Positions 59,879-64,000 of a DNA stretch of 64,000 nucleotides are shown piece after piece (position 1 is the first letter of the stretch; every line of letters starts with the position of its first letter). The notes beneath the pieces are model-generated. The model was not told where the DNA came from. It saw only the letters and a program-made list of their open reading frames with translations, and did no database searches. The DNA comes from Minisyncoccota bacterium (GTDB taxonomy: Bacteria > Patescibacteriota > Minisyncoccia > Phycocordibacterales > UBA9973), in contig JBAZXM010000003.1 of NCBI GenBank assembly GCA_041659845.1, positions 4,641 through 68,640 on the forward strand, given 5' to 3'. Made by a program: the position numbers and the translations under genes.

Positions 59879-62800
59879 TTACTTTTCTATTGTAACCTTA
59901 AACACCATATCTTCGATCTTGATTTCGGTGCCGTCATTTTCAGTAAATGAAACATCTTTTACCAGCACAGTCTTTTTGAGATCCGATTCGAATTTTTCTA
60001 TTAGAGATTTGCCAATACTATCTGTTTGGATTGAAAGAGAAATCACATCACTAGGGGTGAGCCCTTGTTGCTTACGCAAATCTTGCAATCCTCGGACAAG
60101 CTCGCGATAATTCCCTTCGGCTTTCAATTCTGGAGTGATTGTAGTATCAAACTCAAAATCCTCTGCGACTGCCGAATTTTGTACCACATTTTTAATATTA
60201 AGTTCGTCTTTAATTATTTCACTGTATTCTATTCCTAATTCGTAATTTTTAATTCGTAATTCATTCAGTGGTTGTCGTACTGGAATACCAAGCTTCTTGC
60301 GGAGTGCATTGCCTCCAGTACAGATAGTGCGCACTGTTTCTATGTTTTTAATAAGTTCTTCATCAGTAGTCCGAGATTCCGGCCAATTTTCAAGATGCAC
60401 CGATTCTTTATCTCCTTCATTCTTCAATTTCTGCCATATGTCTTCCGAAGCGAACGGCGCAAACGGTGCCATAAATTTCGCAAGGTTGATGAGAACAATA
60501 TAAAGTGTTTGTTTTGATTCCGCGTCCACTTCTTTTATACGATCACGCGAGCGGCGGACGTACCAAGTTGAGAGGTCGTCGATAAATGAGCGGATTAGAC
60601 GAACTGGTTCCAAGATTTTGAATCCATCCAAATGGTCAGTTATTTTTTTATTCAAGACATTCAGCTCCGCGAGAATCCACTGATCGAGTACATTCTTCGG
60701 CATGAAGTCGGTGGGCTGCGTCTCTAAATTCTTGTCTCGATACAATTCATAAAAAGCGAGAACATTATAGAGCAGGTTGAAAACTTTATTATGAAGTTCT
60801 GCGACAGTCTTTTCGTCGAAATTTTTAGAATCTCCCGGCTGATTAACTGCATACATCCACAATCGGAGCGTATCAACGCCGTATTTATCAATCATCGTCC
60901 ACGGGTCAACAATGTTTCCCTGTGACTTCGACATCTTCTTACCCTTTTCATCGAGAATATGCCCTAAGCAAATAACATTCTTGTATGCCTTACCGCGACC
61001 CATGAGAATTCCGACAGCATGAAGCGTGTAGAACCATCCGCGAGTCTGATCGATTGCCTCGGAAATATAATCTGCCGGGTAGCCTTTGGTATCTACCCAT
61101 TCTTTGTTCTCAAACGGATAGTGATCCTGAGCAAAAGGCATCGCGCCGGAATCAAACCAAACATCCATAACTTCTTTCACACGCTTCATCGGCTCTCCGT
61201 CATCAGACACGAGCTCAATCTCATCGATATATGGTCGATGCAAATCAAGTTCATACTTTTCATTGTGCGGAATTGGAACAAAAGGCAATAGTCTAATCTC
61301 TGCATTATTCGGCGGATTGTTTAAATCATTTCTTGTTGCCATATCAGCAAAAGTAACCCCTTCTGCAATAAAATTCAGAGCTCGCTCTGTCCCGGAGTGA
61401 CTGATAATTAATATATTTTTTCCATCATACTTCGCATCAATATCATAGATAAAATCTCCAGCCCTATTCACGACATCAGCGAAGCTTTCTCCGTCAGAAA
61501 ATCTTTTCTCGGGTTCAAATACATAATCATGGTCATAGTATTGCTTCATGGCAGAACGATCTTTTCCGATAAATTCAGAACTGATCTGCCATTCATGAAT
61601 GCGATCATCATAAACAACCTGATCTAAAGGAAAGTTTAATTGCTGGCATAGTATGGCAGTAGTTTCTTTCGTACGCACGTATGGAGAAGATATTATGATA
61701 TCAACTTTTTGATTAAACTCTTTTGTTTTTTCTAAAACTTGTTTTTGCCCGTTTTCAGTCAAAGGGCATGGGGCGGAATCAACAACACATTCCTCAGTAA
61801 CATTATTTACCGCTTCTCCATGACGCATAACAAAGTAGGTATTCCCGGATTTTTTGGTTTTTTTCTTAAGGTCTTCCAGCGAGCCTATGACCTCTGTTTT
61901 TCCGCTCTCCGTTGTCCATATCGGCAACGGAGTACCCCAATAACGCTCGCGGGAAATCGCCCAGTCTTTGATATCCTTCAGCCATTCGCCGAAGCGCCCA
62001 TCGCGAATATGAGCAGGTTCCCAATTAATCGATTGATTTTCTTTAACCATCTCGTCGCTAAGAGATGACATGCGGATATACCACGAATCACGTGCGAAGT
62101 AGATAAGCGGAGTCTTACAGCGCCAACAATGCGGATAGGAGTGCTCGTATTTTTCTTTTTTGAAGAGTAGTCCACGATGAGCCAAATCTTTGATTATTTC
62201 CACAGCCGTAGCTTCATCCTTCACAAATTTCCCCGCCAGGAATCCTGTCTCAGGCTTGAATGTTCCGTCATCATTCACGAGGTGATACTTCGGCAAACCG
62301 ACTTTCGTCCCAAGCTCAAAGTCCTCCTGCCCGTACATTACAGCGGTGTGTACGATACCAGTACCGTCGGTCGTAGTCACGAAATCCGCCGGATAGACTT
62401 TAAAAGCATTTGGAAGTTTTTCCCTTTCCGCACCGCTGACATCATCTTGAAGAAATGGGTAGAGTGGTTCGTATTCGAGACCGACAAGATTCGTACCTTT
62501 TATTTTTTCTATAATTTCATATGCTTCAGTGATAACTGACAATCGAGATCCAGCAAGATAAATAAAGCCATCGCCGATTTTAATTTTTACATAATCAATT
62601 TTCTCCCCCACGGCTAGCCCAACATTACCGGGCAATGTCCATGGTGTCGTCGTCCAAGCTAGAATATATTCATTCTCCTTCCCTGAAATTTTGAATTTCA
62701 CATACACAGACAAATCTTTCACATCTTCATATCCTTGCGCGAGTTCATGCGAAGAAAGCGCTGTTCCGCAACGCGGGCACCATGGCACAACCTTGTAGTC

Positions 62801-63358
62801 TTTATAGAGAAAATTCTTATCCGAAACATTTTTTAAAACATTCCAAACGGATTCTATATATTTGGATTCATAAGTGACATACGGATTTTCCTGATCTACC
62901 CAATATCCGATACGATGAGTAAATTTATTCCAAATGTCCAAAAATTCCCAAACGCTTTCTTTACATTCTTTGTTAAATTGCGCTATTCCGTAGTTTTCAA
63001 TTTCTTTCTTTGACGACAACCCGAGCTTTTTCTCCACCTGTAACTCCACCGGTAAACCGTGTGTATCCCAGCCGCCCTTTCTGCGTACATGAAATCCGCG
63101 CATTGTCTTGTAGCGAGGGATAATATCTTTGAATGCACGAGCCTCCAAGTGGTGAATACCCGGCTTGCCGTTCGCCGTCGGCGGACCTTCGTAAAAAACG
63201 AATTCACCCTTGGGCGCTTCTTTTTCCAAAGATTTTTTGAATATCTGCTGCTCATTCCAGAATTCCAGAATTTTTTCTTCACGCTCTGCAGCAGCTGATT
63301 TTTCTTGCTTTTTTTCCGAAGGTTCCATAGAAATCACTTTAGCATATTCCTGCTTCAA
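59879..63358 (-). CDS. ileS: isoleucyl-tRNA synthetase (type 2) with an inserted ~200-aa histidine-phosphatase (PGAM-family) domain
   Basis: P(T)ANG..HHL (HIGH), editing-domain WTTTPWTLPGN, WAISRERYWGTPLP, then the insertion FVMRHGEAVNN..SSPYVRTKETT..DDRIHEW..ILIISHSGTERAL, then LHRPYIDE..DVWFDSG..KMSKS. Confidence 0.9.
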   Translation of the reverse strand: MKQEYAKVISMEPSEKKQEKSAAAEREEKILEFWNEQQIFKKSLEKEAPKGEFVFYEGPPTANGKPGIHHLEARAFKDIIPRYKTMRGFHVRRKGGWDTHGLPVELQVEKKLGLSSKKEIENYGIAQFNKECKESVWEFLDIWNKFTHRIGYWVDQENPYVTYESKYIESVWNVLKNVSDKNFLYKDYKVVPWCPRCGTALSSHELAQGYEDVKDLSVYVKFKISGKENEYILAWTTTPWTLPGNVGLAVGEKIDYVKIKIGDGFIYLAGSRLSVITEAYEIIEKIKGTNLVGLEYEPLYPFLQDDVSGAEREKLPNAFKVYPADFVTTTDGTGIVHTAVMYGQEDFELGTKVGLPKYHLVNDDGTFKPETGFLAGKFVKDEATAVEIIKDLAHRGLLFKKEKYEHSYPHCWRCKTPLIYFARDSWYIRMSSLSDEMVKENQSINWEPAHIRDGRFGEWLKDIKDWAISRERYWGTPLPIWTTESGKTEVIGSLEDLKKKTKKSGNTYFVMRHGEAVNNVTEECVVDSAPCPLTENGQKQVLEKTKEFNQKVDIIISSPYVRTKETTAILCQQLNFPLDQVVYDDRIHEWQISSEFIGKDRSAMKQYYDHDYVFEPEKRFSDGESFADVVNRAGDFIYDIDAKYDGKNILIISHSGTERALNFIAEGVTFADMATRNDLNNPPNNAEIRLLPFVPIPHNEKYELDLHRPYIDEIELVSDDGEPMKRVKEVMDVWFDSGAMPFAQDHYPFENKEWVDTKGYPADYISEAIDQTRGWFYTLHAVGILMGRGKAYKNVICLGHILDEKGKKMSKSQGNIVDPWTMIDKYGVDTLRLWMYAVNQPGDSKNFDEKTVAELHNKVFNLLYNVLAFYELYRDKNLETQPTDFMPKNVLDQWILAELNVLNKKITDHLDGFKILEPVRLIRSFIDDLSTWYVRRSRDRIKEVDAESKQTLYIVLINLAKFMAPFAPFASEDIWQKLKNEGDKESVHLENWPESRTTDEELIKNIETVRTICTGGNALRKKLGIPVRQPLNELRIKNYELGIEYSEIIKDELNIKNVVQNSAVAEDFEFDTTITPELKAEGNYRELVRGLQDLRKQQGLTPSDVISLSIQTDSIGKSLIEKFESDLKKTVLVKDVSFTENDGTEIKIEDMVFKVTIEK
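61247..61852 (-). other. histidine-phosphatase/phosphoglycerate-mutase-family domain embedded in IleS (approx. residues 503-704)
   Basis: PROSITE-like [LIVM]-x-R-H-G-[EQ]-x-x-x-N matches VMRHGEAVNN. SPYVRTKETT, an E-containing RIHEW loop and SHSG supply the remaining catalytic positions. Confidence 0.7.
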
Positions 63359-63587
63359 ACATAAGAGAATAGAGATTTTCTAAATAGTCTTTATTCTCTG
63401 AGAGAATAACAAAATCATCAGCATAACGGATATAATATTTTGTTTTTAAATCGTGCTTCATGAATTGATCAAATTCATTCATATAAATATTCACTAAAAG
63501 CTGTGATGTTAAATCGCCCAAAGGAAGCTCTTTTTTAATCTCAGCCATGGCGTAGATTGGATTTTGAGTTTCAAAGCTGTCTACGTA
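63339..63587 (-). pseudogene. reverse-transcriptase remnant (RT motifs 4-5 only)
   Basis: In-frame from stop 63588-63590: YVDSFETQNPIYAMAEIKKELPLGDLTSQLLVNIYMNEFDQF..YIRYADDFVILSE. Fingers and thumb are absent. Overlaps the ileS start by 20 nt. Confidence 0.6.
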
Positions 63588-63590
63588 TTA

Positions 63591-64000
63591 TTACATCTTC
63601 TCCGGGGTGGAAATACCAAGCAGGGTAAGGCCATTTTTCATCGTTGTGGAGAAGGCTTCAACAAGGGCAAGGCGGTAGCTTGATTCTGAAACACTCTCGC
63701 CGATGATTTGATAGTGAGCATAAAAATTATTGAAGGCACCGGCAATCTCAATTAGATAGGTCGCAATATGATGGGGCGCGTAAAATATGCCTGACTCTTC
63801 AATCACCCCTGGGAAACGATATAATAATTTTTCAAGTATGATTATTTCCTGCCCTTCTTTTGCATCACTCGAAGCGGTGATGCCGGCAGTCTTGGCTTTC
63901 TCTATCACTGACTGGGCGCGAATATATGCGTATTGAAGGTATGGCCCGGAGTCACCCTCGAATGAAATGGATTTTTCAAAATCATAGACTATGTCGCTTC
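63591..64000 (-). CDS. argS: arginyl-tRNA synthetase, C-terminal (DALR anticodon-binding) part; N-terminus beyond right window edge
   Basis: C-terminus ..PHHIATYLIEIAGAFNNFYAHYQI..YRLALVEAFSTTMKNGLTLLGISTPEKM. The frame is open to nt 64000. Confidence 0.75.
   Translation of the reverse strand, partial: SDIVYDFEKSISFEGDSGPYLQYAYIRAQSVIEKAKTAGITASSDAKEGQEIIILEKLLYRFPGVIEESGIFYAPHHIATYLIEIAGAFNNFYAHYQIIGESVSESSYRLALVEAFSTTMKNGLTLLGISTPEKM

Overview
This 64 kb chromosomal window is AT-rich, gene-dense and mostly transcribed on the minus strand; it uses the standard genetic code. The housekeeping operons, Sec components, aminoacyl-tRNA synthetases, very large Thr/Ser-rich surface proteins and an intron-bearing 23S rRNA look most like a reduced-genome, CPR/Patescibacteria-type bacterium. 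All conclusions below come from reading the sequence and motifs; no database search or fold prediction was run.

Main content, left to right:
- **1..3265:** a long UvrD/PcrA-like helicase that runs off the left edge.
- **3690..4259:** msrB and tRNA-Ser(GGA).
- **4320..9162:** a copper-homeostasis cluster with csoR, copA, an HMA-fused DsbD_2-type permease and a cupredoxin-like protein.
- **9246..17205:** htpX, lemA, secDF, a PAP2 phosphatase and FtsW/RodA.
- **17300..21245:** an rRNA locus with 23S, a tRNA-like gene and 5S on the minus strand and no 16S. The 23S carries a ~400-nt group-I-intron-like insertion at the canonical I-CreI (E. coli 2593) site. The spacer tRNA has an 8-nt anticodon loop.
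- **22211..23769:** a HicAB module plus a coiled-coil protein, bracketed by a repeated hairpin element.
- **23769..27158:** GrpB, rplJ-rplL and associated small genes.
- **27240..34885:** two giant secreted repeat proteins.
- **36498..40308:** ftsK and recA.
- **43069..44896:** efp and rpsF-ssb-rpsR.
- **45059..48448:** an 1129-aa BNR/Asp-box beta-propeller protein with a phage tail-fibre-type C-terminal chaperone domain.
- **48509..64000:** tatD, metG, an AI-2E transporter, an M16 peptidase, glyQS, recO, two tandem YdeN-type hydrolases, ileS and the 3' end of argS.

The most unusual observations:
1. The IleS carries an apparently intact ~200-aa histidine-phosphatase (PGAM-family) domain inserted between the GTPLP and HRPY motifs.
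2. A reverse-transcriptase remnant sits between argS and ileS.
3. A PaaX/Cas2-fold-like regulator is flanked by TACGCTATAGCGTA palindromes.
4. Two small genes share a palindromic promoter, TTGACAAGTCAA.
5. An 18-bp perfect inverted repeat lies immediately upstream of recA.
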